From positions 160,001 to 224,000 of the forward strand of contig CAVPZX010000003.1 in assembly GCA_963710375.1 (NCBI GenBank): a stretch of DNA of 64,000 nt, written 5' to 3'. This document shows, in pieces, positions 9,662 through 18,425 of this stretch. Under the pieces are notes generated by a model. It saw nothing but the letters and a program-made list of their open reading frames with translations, ran no database searches and was not told the origin of the DNA. The DNA comes from Nitrospirota bacterium. GTDB taxonomy: Bacteria; Nitrospirota; Thermodesulfovibrionia; Thermodesulfovibrionales; Dissulfurispiraceae. Numbering within the stretch: position 1 is the first letter of the stretch; every line of letters begins with the position of its first letter. A program made the translations under genes and the position numbers.

Positions 9662-10912
9662 ATGAAAAAAAGTATAAAACTTTATGTATCCCTTATAGTA
9701 GTATGTTTTGTCTGTAGCCGGCTGAGTCCGGCTGGTGCAACCCCTTCCCCTGCCTTTCATAGGGGAGGGACTAATGAGTGTCAGGAATGCCACACCAACA
9801 AAAATGCCGACTCAAGAGATTTTGCTCAAATGCTCCGTGAAATAAAAGGGTTGAACAGACCTCGATCGGACAAGAGCAGCGATTTAAGAGGATCGGATGA
9901 GAGTTCGACCTGCCTTCGCTGCCATGAGGCTCCCAGAGGCACACGGAACCCTACCGGACATTATGTCGCAACCAATATCTCCGATTTGCGCGGCGGCCTG
10001 CCTCCTTCACAAATGACGCCCGGGGGAGACTTCGGATGGTTAAAGAAGAGTTACTTCTGGAAACCGCCTGACGAACGAGGTCCCGGTCATTGGAGCTCCG
10101 GCTTCCTGCACGGGCATAGTATTTTAGCAATGGACTACGGATATGACGGCAATAGCGACTACTATACTGCACCGGGTGGAAGCTATCCGGCAAGAAATCT
10201 TTCCTGCATTAGCTGCCACGATCCGCATGCTACAATTGCTAAAGGTCCTGGAGATAGAGGCTCTTATCGCTTGCTGGGCGGGAAGGGCTATTCACCTAGC
10301 TCAGCCGGAGGTATGGCGTTCGCTATTGACCCGCCTGTGGCTGTTGCTCCGCGCGGCTATAACAGGGCCGAGTATGCAACCGAGACCAGGGTTGCTTATG
10401 GAAAGGGAATGTCAGAATGGTGCACAAATTGCCATGCAAACAGTTGCTCAGGAAGTTACGGCCATGCCGTCTGCAATAATGCCAGGTTCGGCGTGGTAAT
10501 TGCCGCCAATTATAACGCATATCGGAAAACAGGAGACCTCAACGGAATGGAAAGCAGATCATTCACCTCGCTTGTACCGTTCGAGGAGGGTACGGATAAC
10601 ATTTCGTTTCTCCATCAGCACGCGAACACAGATGGAAGATACACCAGCGGCCCTGGCCCGAGTGCCAATGTAATGTGTCTGACCTGCCATAGGGCGCATG
10701 CATCTGCCTGGGACAACATGACACGATGGAACATGACCACGCCGTTTATCGTTTATAAAGGTAATTACCCGGGGATCGATAACGGTTCGCCTGTGAGATT
10801 GGCGCAGGGACGTACTTCCGCCGAGACAAAAAAAGCATATTATGACAGGCCCGCTACCTTTTTTGCCTCGTATCAAAGGAGCCTGTGTGATAAGTGCCAC
10901 CCAAAGGACTGA
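9662..10912 (+). CDS. Hexaheme OmcS/OmcT-family (cytochrome nanowire family) c-type cytochrome
   Basis: 6 CXXCH plus OmcS hallmark motifs in the OmcS order: FHxGG..ECxxCH, QMTPGGDFGWxKK, APGGxYP, YRxLGG, AVAP..YNR.E...TRVAYG.GMSEWC.NCH, SLxPFEEG, CLxCHRAHAS, QGR, YQRxLCxKCHxKD at the C-terminus. Confidence 0.93.
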   Translation: MKKSIKLYVSLIVVCFVCSRLSPAGATPSPAFHRGGTNECQECHTNKNADSRDFAQMLREIKGLNRPRSDKSSDLRGSDESSTCLRCHEAPRGTRNPTGHYVATNISDLRGGLPPSQMTPGGDFGWLKKSYFWKPPDERGPGHWSSGFLHGHSILAMDYGYDGNSDYYTAPGGSYPARNLSCISCHDPHATIAKGPGDRGSYRLLGGKGYSPSSAGGMAFAIDPPVAVAPRGYNRAEYATETRVAYGKGMSEWCTNCHANSCSGSYGHAVCNNARFGVVIAANYNAYRKTGDLNGMESRSFTSLVPFEEGTDNISFLHQHANTDGRYTSGPGPSANVMCLTCHRAHASAWDNMTRWNMTTPFIVYKGNYPGIDNGSPVRLAQGRTSAETKKAYYDRPATFFASYQRSLCDKCHPKD

Positions 10913-10962
10913 AACCGGGCAGCAAAGAAATTATCACTATAAAGAGGGGGAATTTTCAGACA

Positions 10963-12381
10963 GTGAGCGGCGATGAAAAAAGCAAGAGTATAGTCGACAG
11001 GATTTGGGATTTATTTTCTTCCATAAAGCTTGCGGTGGTAGTTTTCACCATTATCTCGGCCACCTCTATCGTGGGCACCGTAATTGAACAACAAGCCGAA
11101 CCTGAGCAGAATATAAAACTGCTGGCAAAGTTTGTAGGTGTGGATTTTGCTCCAACTGCCTTTCGCATATTGGATACGCTGGGTTTTACCGATATGTTCC
11201 GCTCCTGGTGGTTCATGGCCCTACTGTTCATATTCACGGCTAATCTGGTCATCTGTTCTTTTGAGAGACTTCCCAAGATATGGAAGCTTGTCAAGGAGCC
11301 GGTCAAGCCTGTAACAGCTGAACGGTTAAATGCCCTGTCGATAAAACGGGAGATTATTTTAAAAGAGAAAGTTGACAAAGCCGCAGAGCATGCCGGGGCT
11401 GTACTGAAGAGGAATGGATTCAGGGCCGGCGAGAGGAAAGAGGACAACGGGGTCCAGTTATACGCTGAAAAGGGCAGATACAGCAGGCTTGGAGTATACA
11501 TTACACATCTGAGCATACTGCTGATATTGGGTGGAGCGGTAATAGGGATGATTTTCGGGTTCAATGGCTCGCTTAATTTACCGGAAGGGATGTCATCCGT
11601 TGTAGCCTATAAGAGCAGCGGAATGCAGATACCGCTGGGGTTTGAGGTCCGGTGCGATAATTTCAATGTTTCATTTTACGACAATACTGATACTCCCAAA
11701 TCATATAAAAGCTGGCTGACTATAATAGAGAGCGGTAAGGAAGTAAAGGGAAAGGTGATAGATGTGAACAACCCATTACAGCATAAAGGGATTACATTTT
11801 ATCAGGCCAGTTACGGGTATGCTCCGTCGAGGAATTCGATATTTAAATTCAGCGTAACATCGAATGCCGGGACAAGAGGAGATGTGAATGTTAAATTTGG
11901 AGAACCGTTCACGATACCCGGGACAGCAGTGACCGGGAAAGTTATTGACTTTAGTCCTGCAATCGGTATGGACGAGTCCGGGAAGCTGTATACGTATGCG
12001 GAAATGATGAATAACCCGGCAGCATTTGTGGAATTTACAGAGAACGGGAAAATGAAATACCGGCAGTGGATACTGGTGCGGTTACCGCAGACATGGAAGG
12101 TGGCGGATGGGACAGTTGAGTTCAAGCATTTATGGGGAGCACAGTATACCGGATTGCAGGTGAGGAAAGACCCTGGAGTATGGCTTGTCTATCTGGGGTG
12201 CATGGTTATGGCCATGGGACTGTATACCGCATTTTTCATGGGACATAGCAGGGTATGGATATGGGTGAGGGAAGACAAGGGCGGAGCAAAGGTTACGATA
12301 GCCGGGTCAGCGAATAAAAATAAGATCTCTTTTGAACAGAAGATAGATAAAATGACAAAAGAAGTAAGCAGTAAGCAGTAG
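10963..12381 (+). CDS. resB: Cytochrome c biogenesis protein ResB/CcsB (System II)
   Basis: FSSIKLAV..SIVGTVIEQ, DMFRSWWF, EKGRYSRLGVYITHLSIL, IDVNNPL..GITFYQASYG, TGLQVRKDPG. GTG 10963 is the likely start. Confidence 0.93.
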   Translation: MSGDEKSKSIVDRIWDLFSSIKLAVVVFTIISATSIVGTVIEQQAEPEQNIKLLAKFVGVDFAPTAFRILDTLGFTDMFRSWWFMALLFIFTANLVICSFERLPKIWKLVKEPVKPVTAERLNALSIKREIILKEKVDKAAEHAGAVLKRNGFRAGERKEDNGVQLYAEKGRYSRLGVYITHLSILLILGGAVIGMIFGFNGSLNLPEGMSSVVAYKSSGMQIPLGFEVRCDNFNVSFYDNTDTPKSYKSWLTIIESGKEVKGKVIDVNNPLQHKGITFYQASYGYAPSRNSIFKFSVTSNAGTRGDVNVKFGEPFTIPGTAVTGKVIDFSPAIGMDESGKLYTYAEMMNNPAAFVEFTENGKMKYRQWILVRLPQTWKVADGTVEFKHLWGAQYTGLQVRKDPGVWLVYLGCMVMAMGLYTAFFMGHSRVWIWVREDKGGAKVTIAGSANKNKISFEQKIDKMTKEVSSKQ

Positions 12382-12397
12382 GCAAAGGAGGTTATAC

Positions 12398-13483
12398 ATG
12401 GACAGTTCTCAGTTTTTCGGCATAGCGAGCATTGCGTATATACTGGCAATGGTTGCGTATATAGCGTATCTGGCATTCAAGAATTCCGTGGTCGGGGTTA
12501 TCGCGACAACAATAACAGTGGTTGGATTTATCTCGCATACAATAGCATTTATTCTGCGTTGGAAAGAGTTTTACGAAATCGGCCAAATGGGGATACTGAG
12601 AGCGATACCCCTTACGAACCTCTATGAATCGCTGATATTCTTTGTCTGGTGCGTGATACTGGCGTATCTGATCATCGAGTGGAAATACAAGAACCGGTCG
12701 TTCGGAGCTTTTATCACCCCCATCGCGGGAATGGCGCTGGCGTTTATCGACATATCGGGGATGGATAAAAATATACACCCTCTGATACCTGCGCTTCAGA
12801 GCAACTGGCTGCTGGCGCATGTAACAATGAGTTTTCTCTCCTATGCAGCCTTTGCCATATCCTTTGCCACATCCATGATGTACCTGATTATTACGACTGA
12901 AGACAAAAAAAGCGCTCCTTATATTTTCTGGACGATTGCCTTGGGAGTATTTGTTTCGGTGTTTCTGGCCATGGGCATAGATTTTTTAGTATTCAAAGTT
13001 GCGATGAGTTCACCGGAATCGTTCATAAAGAGCTACCTGTTCAAGGCTACTTACAGGAACAGTTCAGGGGCGGTATCGCTCGTCAGTTATTTAGGGACGG
13101 CTGTTTTTATCTTCGTAATCTGGAAGTACGGCTATTTATTAAGAAACGTTATAACATCGTTCTCTATCTCACAGGATCTGCTTGATGACCTGACATATAA
13201 GAGTGTAGCAGTGGGGTTTCCGATATTCACACTTGGCGGACTGATATTCGGTGCGGTATGGGCAGACCAGGCGTGGGGCAGGTATTGGAGCTGGGACCCG
13301 AAAGAGACATGGTCATTGATAACGTGGTTTGTATATGCTTTTTATCTGCACGCGAGGTTTTTAAGAGGCTGGAGGGGCAGGAGGATAGCGGTAGTTGCGG
13401 TCGTGGGATTTGTCTGCACGGTCTTCACCTACCTGGGTGTTAACCTTCTGCTGAGCGGCCTGCATTCATATGGGGGAGGGTAA
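12398..13483 (+). CDS. ccsA: Cytochrome c biogenesis heme-handling protein CcsA/ResC (System II)
   Basis: WWD motif WADQAWGRYWSWDPKETWSLITW, PALQSNWLLAHV, GLHSY. Confidence 0.95.
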   Translation: MDSSQFFGIASIAYILAMVAYIAYLAFKNSVVGVIATTITVVGFISHTIAFILRWKEFYEIGQMGILRAIPLTNLYESLIFFVWCVILAYLIIEWKYKNRSFGAFITPIAGMALAFIDISGMDKNIHPLIPALQSNWLLAHVTMSFLSYAAFAISFATSMMYLIITTEDKKSAPYIFWTIALGVFVSVFLAMGIDFLVFKVAMSSPESFIKSYLFKATYRNSSGAVSLVSYLGTAVFIFVIWKYGYLLRNVITSFSISQDLLDDLTYKSVAVGFPIFTLGGLIFGAVWADQAWGRYWSWDPKETWSLITWFVYAFYLHARFLRGWRGRRIAVVAVVGFVCTVFTYLGVNLLLSGLHSYGGG

Positions 13484-13486
13484 AAG

Positions 13487-13563
13487 ACAAGGTTAAGGCT
13501 AAGGTTGAGGTTAAGCAAGGTTTCTTTTTTTCCCCTTAACCTTAACCTTGACCTCAACCTTGT
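13487..13563. repeat. Hexamer-repeat palindrome (GGTTAA/GGTTGA)n ... (TTAACC/TCAACC)n
   Basis: Directly visible; related copies at 37225-37350 and 57498-57590. Confidence 0.85.
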
Positions 13564-13569
13564 TTTATT

Positions 13570-14571
13570 ATGAATATTCTCGGTATCGATACATCTTGCG
13601 ACGATACATCTGCCGCGGTAGTTTCGCACGGTGAGCAAATACTTTCTTCTATTGTTTCTTCTCAGACGGATATCCACAATAAGTATGGGGGCATTGTTCC
13701 CGAATTGGCGTCGCGCCGTCATGTCGAAATGATATGGCCTGTTGTCTATGAAGCCCTGAGTGCGGCAAATATTTCCATTGACGCAGTCAATGCCATTGCC
13801 GTGTGCTGCGGTCCAGGACTGATCGGATCGCTGCTGGTAGGATGCGGCTTTGCAAAAGCTGTGGGGTACGCACGAAACATTCCTCTTGTTGGAGTGAATC
13901 ATCTGGAGGGACATATTTTCTCGGTGTTCCTCGAAAAGGAGAAGCCTGAATTCCCTTTTTTGTCTCTGATCGCCTCTGGAGGACATACGACCCTTTTCAT
14001 TATCAACGGGTTCAGGCAATACAAGGAATTGGGCAGGACAAGAGATGATGCAGCAGGCGAGGCATATGATAAGGTTTCAAAGCTGCTGGGGCTTGGATAT
14101 CCCGGCGGTCCTCTTATAGACAGACTGGCCGGGGAGGGGAACGCCGGAGCATTTGAATTTCCCCGTGCCTGGCTGCCGGAATCCTTTGACTTCAGTTTCA
14201 GCGGCGTCAAGACAGCGGTCAAATTAGTTGTCGCTAAGGGCGCAGGATCGCTCAAAAATCAGGTCTTCCTGGCTGACATTGCCGCTTCCTTTCAGGCATC
14301 GGTGATCGATGTGCTCGTGAGAAAAGTTGAATTGGCTATAATAAAAACTGGAATACGCACTGTTGTGCTCTCGGGGGGTGTTGCCTCAAACAGTGGCCTG
14401 AGGAAGAAGATCAACGAGATGGCACATGAAAGAGAGGCAAAGGTTTTTTTGCCTTCGCCAGAACTCTGTACCGACAATGCCGCCATGATAGCGTCTGCCG
14501 GATACTATCATTACATTGCCGGAAATACAGCATCGCTCGACTTGAATCCCAAGGCTTACCTGCCGTTATAA
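13570..14571 (+). CDS. tsaD: tRNA N6-threonylcarbamoyltransferase
   Basis: ILGIDTSCDDT, GGIVPELASRRH, VNHLEGH, DDAAGEAYDK, CTDNAAMIA. Confidence 0.97.
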   Translation: MNILGIDTSCDDTSAAVVSHGEQILSSIVSSQTDIHNKYGGIVPELASRRHVEMIWPVVYEALSAANISIDAVNAIAVCCGPGLIGSLLVGCGFAKAVGYARNIPLVGVNHLEGHIFSVFLEKEKPEFPFLSLIASGGHTTLFIINGFRQYKELGRTRDDAAGEAYDKVSKLLGLGYPGGPLIDRLAGEGNAGAFEFPRAWLPESFDFSFSGVKTAVKLVVAKGAGSLKNQVFLADIAASFQASVIDVLVRKVELAIIKTGIRTVVLSGGVASNSGLRKKINEMAHEREAKVFLPSPELCTDNAAMIASAGYYHYIAGNTASLDLNPKAYLPL

Positions 14572-14595
14572 TTATTTTTAGAGAAGTGTAAGGAG

Positions 14596-15843
14596 TTGCT
14601 GATGCATTTTCAGGGAGTGGCAGGATTGCTGGTACTGACAGGACTTGCGTGGGCTCTAAGCGAAAACAGGGGTAAGGTCAATTATTATGGAGTGCTTGCA
14701 GGCATTGCTGTTCAGATATGCATTGCGGCTCTTCTTCTGTATGTCCCGGTCTTCAAGAGTTTTTTCCTGTTGTTGAACGGCCTTGTTCTTTCGCTTGAAG
14801 AATCTACCAGGGCTGGAACCTCATTTGTGTTCGGTTATATAGGCGGCGGTACTCCGCCATTTTTTGTCAAAGACCCCGGATCATATTTCATACTGGCTTT
14901 CCAGGCGCTTCCTTTAGTATTGGTGATCGGCGCTCTTTCATCCCTTTTCTTCTACTGGAGAATCCTGCCGTATATTGTCAGGGCCTTTTCTCTGGCGCTG
15001 CAAAAGACGCTGAATATAGGCGGTGCGTTAGGGCTCGGCGCTTCGACTACGATTTTTTTGGGCATGGTCGAGTCTCCCCTTGTTATAAAACCGTATTTGC
15101 AGGAAATGACAAGGAGCGAGATTTTCTCTCTGATGGTATGCGGAATGGCGTGTATAGCCGGAACAGTAATGGTTTTATATTCAACTCTCCTGAAAGGGGT
15201 CATCCCTGATCCGTTGGGAAATATTCTGACTGCCTCCTTTATTCATGTCGCTGCTGCCATCACGATCTCGCGTATCATGATTCCGGAGGTCGAAAAGCAG
15301 ACGAGCGGAACTTTTATCCCAAGGCAGGATGCTAACAGCTCCATGGATGCAATTGTGAAAGGAACAATTAACGCGCTCTACCTTCTTTTAAACATCGTGG
15401 CAATGCTTATAGTCATGGTTGCATTGGTCCATCTTGTTAACATGGCGCTCGGCCTTCTTCCCGCTGTGGCAGGGAGAGATGTCACACTGCAGCGGTTGTT
15501 AGGCTTCGTTATGGCCCCTGTTGTTTGGCTTTTCGGTATCCCTTGGGCAGAGGCGCAAACCGCAGGATACCTGATGGGCACGAAGACAATGCTTAATGAA
15601 CTACTGGCCTTTGTTGATCTCTCCAATCTTCCGCCGGAAGCACTAAGTCCCAGGAGCAGATTGATTATGACCTATGCTCTGAGCAGCTTCGCAAATTTCG
15701 GCAGCCTGGGCATACTGATCGGAGGACTGGGGAGTATGGTCCCCGAACGCAGCAGTGAGATCGTGGGACTGGGCATCAGGTCTCTTGTCGCAGGAACACT
15801 GGCAACCTGTATGACCGGAGCTGTAATAGGGATTCTTCAATAA
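14596..15843 (+). CDS. nupC: CNT/NupC-family nucleoside:cation symporter
   Basis: FLGMVESPL, GMACIAGTV, KTMLNE, SFANFGSLGILIGG; multiple TM helices. Confidence 0.9.
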   Translation: MLMHFQGVAGLLVLTGLAWALSENRGKVNYYGVLAGIAVQICIAALLLYVPVFKSFFLLLNGLVLSLEESTRAGTSFVFGYIGGGTPPFFVKDPGSYFILAFQALPLVLVIGALSSLFFYWRILPYIVRAFSLALQKTLNIGGALGLGASTTIFLGMVESPLVIKPYLQEMTRSEIFSLMVCGMACIAGTVMVLYSTLLKGVIPDPLGNILTASFIHVAAAITISRIMIPEVEKQTSGTFIPRQDANSSMDAIVKGTINALYLLLNIVAMLIVMVALVHLVNMALGLLPAVAGRDVTLQRLLGFVMAPVVWLFGIPWAEAQTAGYLMGTKTMLNELLAFVDLSNLPPEALSPRSRLIMTYALSSFANFGSLGILIGGLGSMVPERSSEIVGLGIRSLVAGTLATCMTGAVIGILQ

Positions 15844-15847
15844 AATT

Positions 15848-16420
15848 ATGGATATAAGCACTATTCTTCGTTCACTTGTCGGAACATACGGCTACTATGC
15901 CTTGCTTGCCGGGACGTTTCTGGAGGGAGAAACGATATTGCTGATCGGCGGGCTCGTCGCTAATTTGGGGTATCTGGATCTGCGCGCCGTGATGCTTGTT
16001 GCATTTATCGGAAGTTTCTCCGGCGACCAGTTATACTTCTGTCTGGGACGGCTCAAAGGCAGGGAATTGCTGGCACGGCACCACAAATGGGAAAAACGGG
16101 TGGATAAAGTGCACTGCCTGATGGAGCGATATCATGACCTCATAATGGTCGGATTCAGGTTTGTGTACGGCATCAGAATTTTGACTCCCATAGTCCTCGG
16201 CATGAATAAAGGTGTAAAAACTCTCCGTTTCTTCGTCCTCAATGCCATAGGGGCGATGATATGGTCTGTAGTAATCTCCTCCGCCGGCTATTTTTTTGGG
16301 TATGCTATTGAAAGTCTTATCAAGGCTGTCAAACACTACGAGATCATTGTGCTGTTTGTGATTGCCGGAACAGCTATTGCCCTCTGGGCTGTCCGCCGGT
16401 TCAGGCGAAAGAAGTGCTAA
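15848..16420 (+). CDS. DedA-family membrane protein
   Basis: GTFLEGET, GDQLYFCLGR, RFVYGIR motifs. Confidence 0.9.
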   Translation: MDISTILRSLVGTYGYYALLAGTFLEGETILLIGGLVANLGYLDLRAVMLVAFIGSFSGDQLYFCLGRLKGRELLARHHKWEKRVDKVHCLMERYHDLIMVGFRFVYGIRILTPIVLGMNKGVKTLRFFVLNAIGAMIWSVVISSAGYFFGYAIESLIKAVKHYEIIVLFVIAGTAIALWAVRRFRRKKC

Positions 16421-17037
16421 AGAACTTGTTCTATTCCTATCGCAATTAATGCAAGACCGGCTACGACTGTGGCCTTCTTATTTATGTTCCACTTAATAAA
16501 GTATTCGGCAATGTAGTTTCCTGACCAAAGGGCGATAAAGCTTATGACCGCAGACAAGAAGCCCACCAATAATGAGCTTAGGCCCATCATCCCCGCACTC
16601 AATCCTCCGCCAACATTGTTTATTGATAATGCTATTCCAAGGATCGTCGCCTCTTTGAAGTCAATATGTTTTGACCTGTCCATATCGGCATTTTCGGGCT
16701 TAACCAGGACATGCAGAATGTTCGATGCATTTTCCTGGTCAGGCTCTTCGGCAGGGTCATTCTTTACTCTTCTTATGTATTGTTCCAATATCATCCATAA
16801 CCCGATAGCTGAAAGAAGCAACATGGCTATAATTGACGAGAGATGTTTGCCGAAAAATCCTGTTATCATCGATCCTGAATAAGCGGCAAAATATGAAATG
16901 AAAAATGTAATGACAGAAATCCAGAGATTTATTAAAGTGGATATTTTTATTCCCCGAATGCTATAGGCAATCCTGACTCCTATATTATCAAAGTTATTTG
17001 ATAACGCTATAAAAAATGTATAGAAAATGTCATGCAT
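16417..17037 (-). CDS. MntP/YtaF-family membrane protein (putative Mn efflux)
   Basis: Duplicated ALSNNFDNIGV / LGIALSINNVGGGLSAG motifs; 6 TM helices. Confidence 0.75.
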   Translation of the reverse strand: MHDIFYTFFIALSNNFDNIGVRIAYSIRGIKISTLINLWISVITFFISYFAAYSGSMITGFFGKHLSSIIAMLLLSAIGLWMILEQYIRRVKNDPAEEPDQENASNILHVLVKPENADMDRSKHIDFKEATILGIALSINNVGGGLSAGMMGLSSLLVGFLSAVISFIALWSGNYIAEYFIKWNINKKATVVAGLALIAIGIEQVL

Positions 17038-17284
17038 GTATATATCCTTTTGGGAGAGAGTTCCTCCTGCAGCATACTAATATAACCAATATATGTTAAA
17101 AGAATATTTCGACATGATTACTATAATGTTAAATAAATAGCGCAGCCTCTATAAATGCTGTTATATAAATGTTATTATATCACAATGTGCCAGCCGGGGC
17201 AGGCGTTCGCCATTAGCTCATAGTTTTTTAACTTTTTCCTGTGATATAATGTTCTGACTCTGACAATAAGTTTGGAGGTTATCA

Positions 17285-17581
17285 TTGAAAAGGGTTTCTG
17301 TGGAGCTCCTGAAACCGGGAGCTAAACTGGCAAAACCGGTTGTTAATGACAGCGGCATGATTCTTATCGGCGAGGGCACGGTACTGAAGGATTCCCATAT
17401 AGACCGCCTTCAGAGTATGAGCATAAGCACTGTATTTGTAGAGGGGACAGCAGGGCCTTCAAAAACCAGGGAGGAATTGCTGGCCGAACTTGATGACAGG
17501 TTCAAAAAGACAGAAGATGAGCCGTACATGCAGACATTGAAAAGAGTATTCAAAGAGTATATAGAAGGGATGAGCATCTGA
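17285..17581 (+). CDS. Small protein resembling the N-terminal domain found on HD-GYP proteins
   Basis: LKPGAKLAKPVVNDSGMILIGEGTVL pattern; GGAGG RBS; coupled to the HDOD gene. Confidence 0.65.
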   Translation: MKRVSVELLKPGAKLAKPVVNDSGMILIGEGTVLKDSHIDRLQSMSISTVFVEGTAGPSKTREELLAELDDRFKKTEDEPYMQTLKRVFKEYIEGMSI

Positions 17582-17582
17582 T

Positions 17583-18425
17583 ATGGACGTTCGGGACATG
17601 CGAAGTCAGATCGAGAACATCGATACGCTGCCTACGATACCCAGCATTTTGAGAAAGTTGTTGGCTGTTATCGAGAAGCCGAGGATTTCAATTAACGAGA
17701 TAGGCAGTTTTATTGCCAATGATCCTGTGCTTACTTCAAGGGTGCTCAAAGTGGTCAATTCACCTATTTACGGCTTTCCAGGGAGGATATCCTCGTTAAA
17801 TCAGGCTTTGATACTGCTCGGCCTCAATGTGGTGAGAGGCATGCTGCTCGGCGTTTCTGTTTTCGAGGCGATGCAGAAGACCATGGTCGGCCTATGGGAG
17901 CATTCACTTGGCTGTGCCATTGCATCACGTATTATTGCAAAGAAAAAGGGATTGAAAGAACCTGAAGAGGTTTCTATTGCCGGTTTGCTGCATGACATCG
18001 GCAAGGTGGTCATGGGGCTCAAATTTCCGGAGGAGTACGCTCTTGCCATTGCTGACGCTCAAAATGGACATATATTCATGATAGATGCAGAGAAGAGGCA
18101 ATTTAATATAAGCCATGCCGATGCCGGGGGATGGATATCCCTGAAATGGAATTTCCCTCAGAATCTTGTTGAGCCGATAGAATATCACCACAAGCCGCAT
18201 CTCGCAAAAGTGGTCCCGCTTCAGACCGCAGTCGTACATTTTGCTGATGTGCTGACGAGAGCAGCCGGATTCGGTTTTTCCGGCGATATCTTTGTCCCTG
18301 CAGTGCATCCATCTGTGTGGCAGTTGCTCGACCTGTCCGACGATGACTTGAAGGATATAGTAGCAGAATTCGAAGACTCATTAGGCCAGGCCGAGGACTT
18401 TCTGCTTTCCGATGAGCAATCCTAA
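17583..18425 (+). CDS. HDOD-domain protein
   Basis: LPTIP, DPVLTSRVLKVVNSPIYG, AGLLHDIGK, WNFP..IEYHH. Confidence 0.92.
   Translation: MDVRDMRSQIENIDTLPTIPSILRKLLAVIEKPRISINEIGSFIANDPVLTSRVLKVVNSPIYGFPGRISSLNQALILLGLNVVRGMLLGVSVFEAMQKTMVGLWEHSLGCAIASRIIAKKKGLKEPEEVSIAGLLHDIGKVVMGLKFPEEYALAIADAQNGHIFMIDAEKRQFNISHADAGGWISLKWNFPQNLVEPIEYHHKPHLAKVVPLQTAVVHFADVLTRAAGFGFSGDIFVPAVHPSVWQLLDLSDDDLKDIVAEFEDSLGQAEDFLLSDEQS

Noticed and set aside
17038..17284. yybP-ykoY Mn riboswitch upstream of the MntP/YtaF-like gene
   Set aside because: The region is AT-rich and I could not find the conserved aptamer core.
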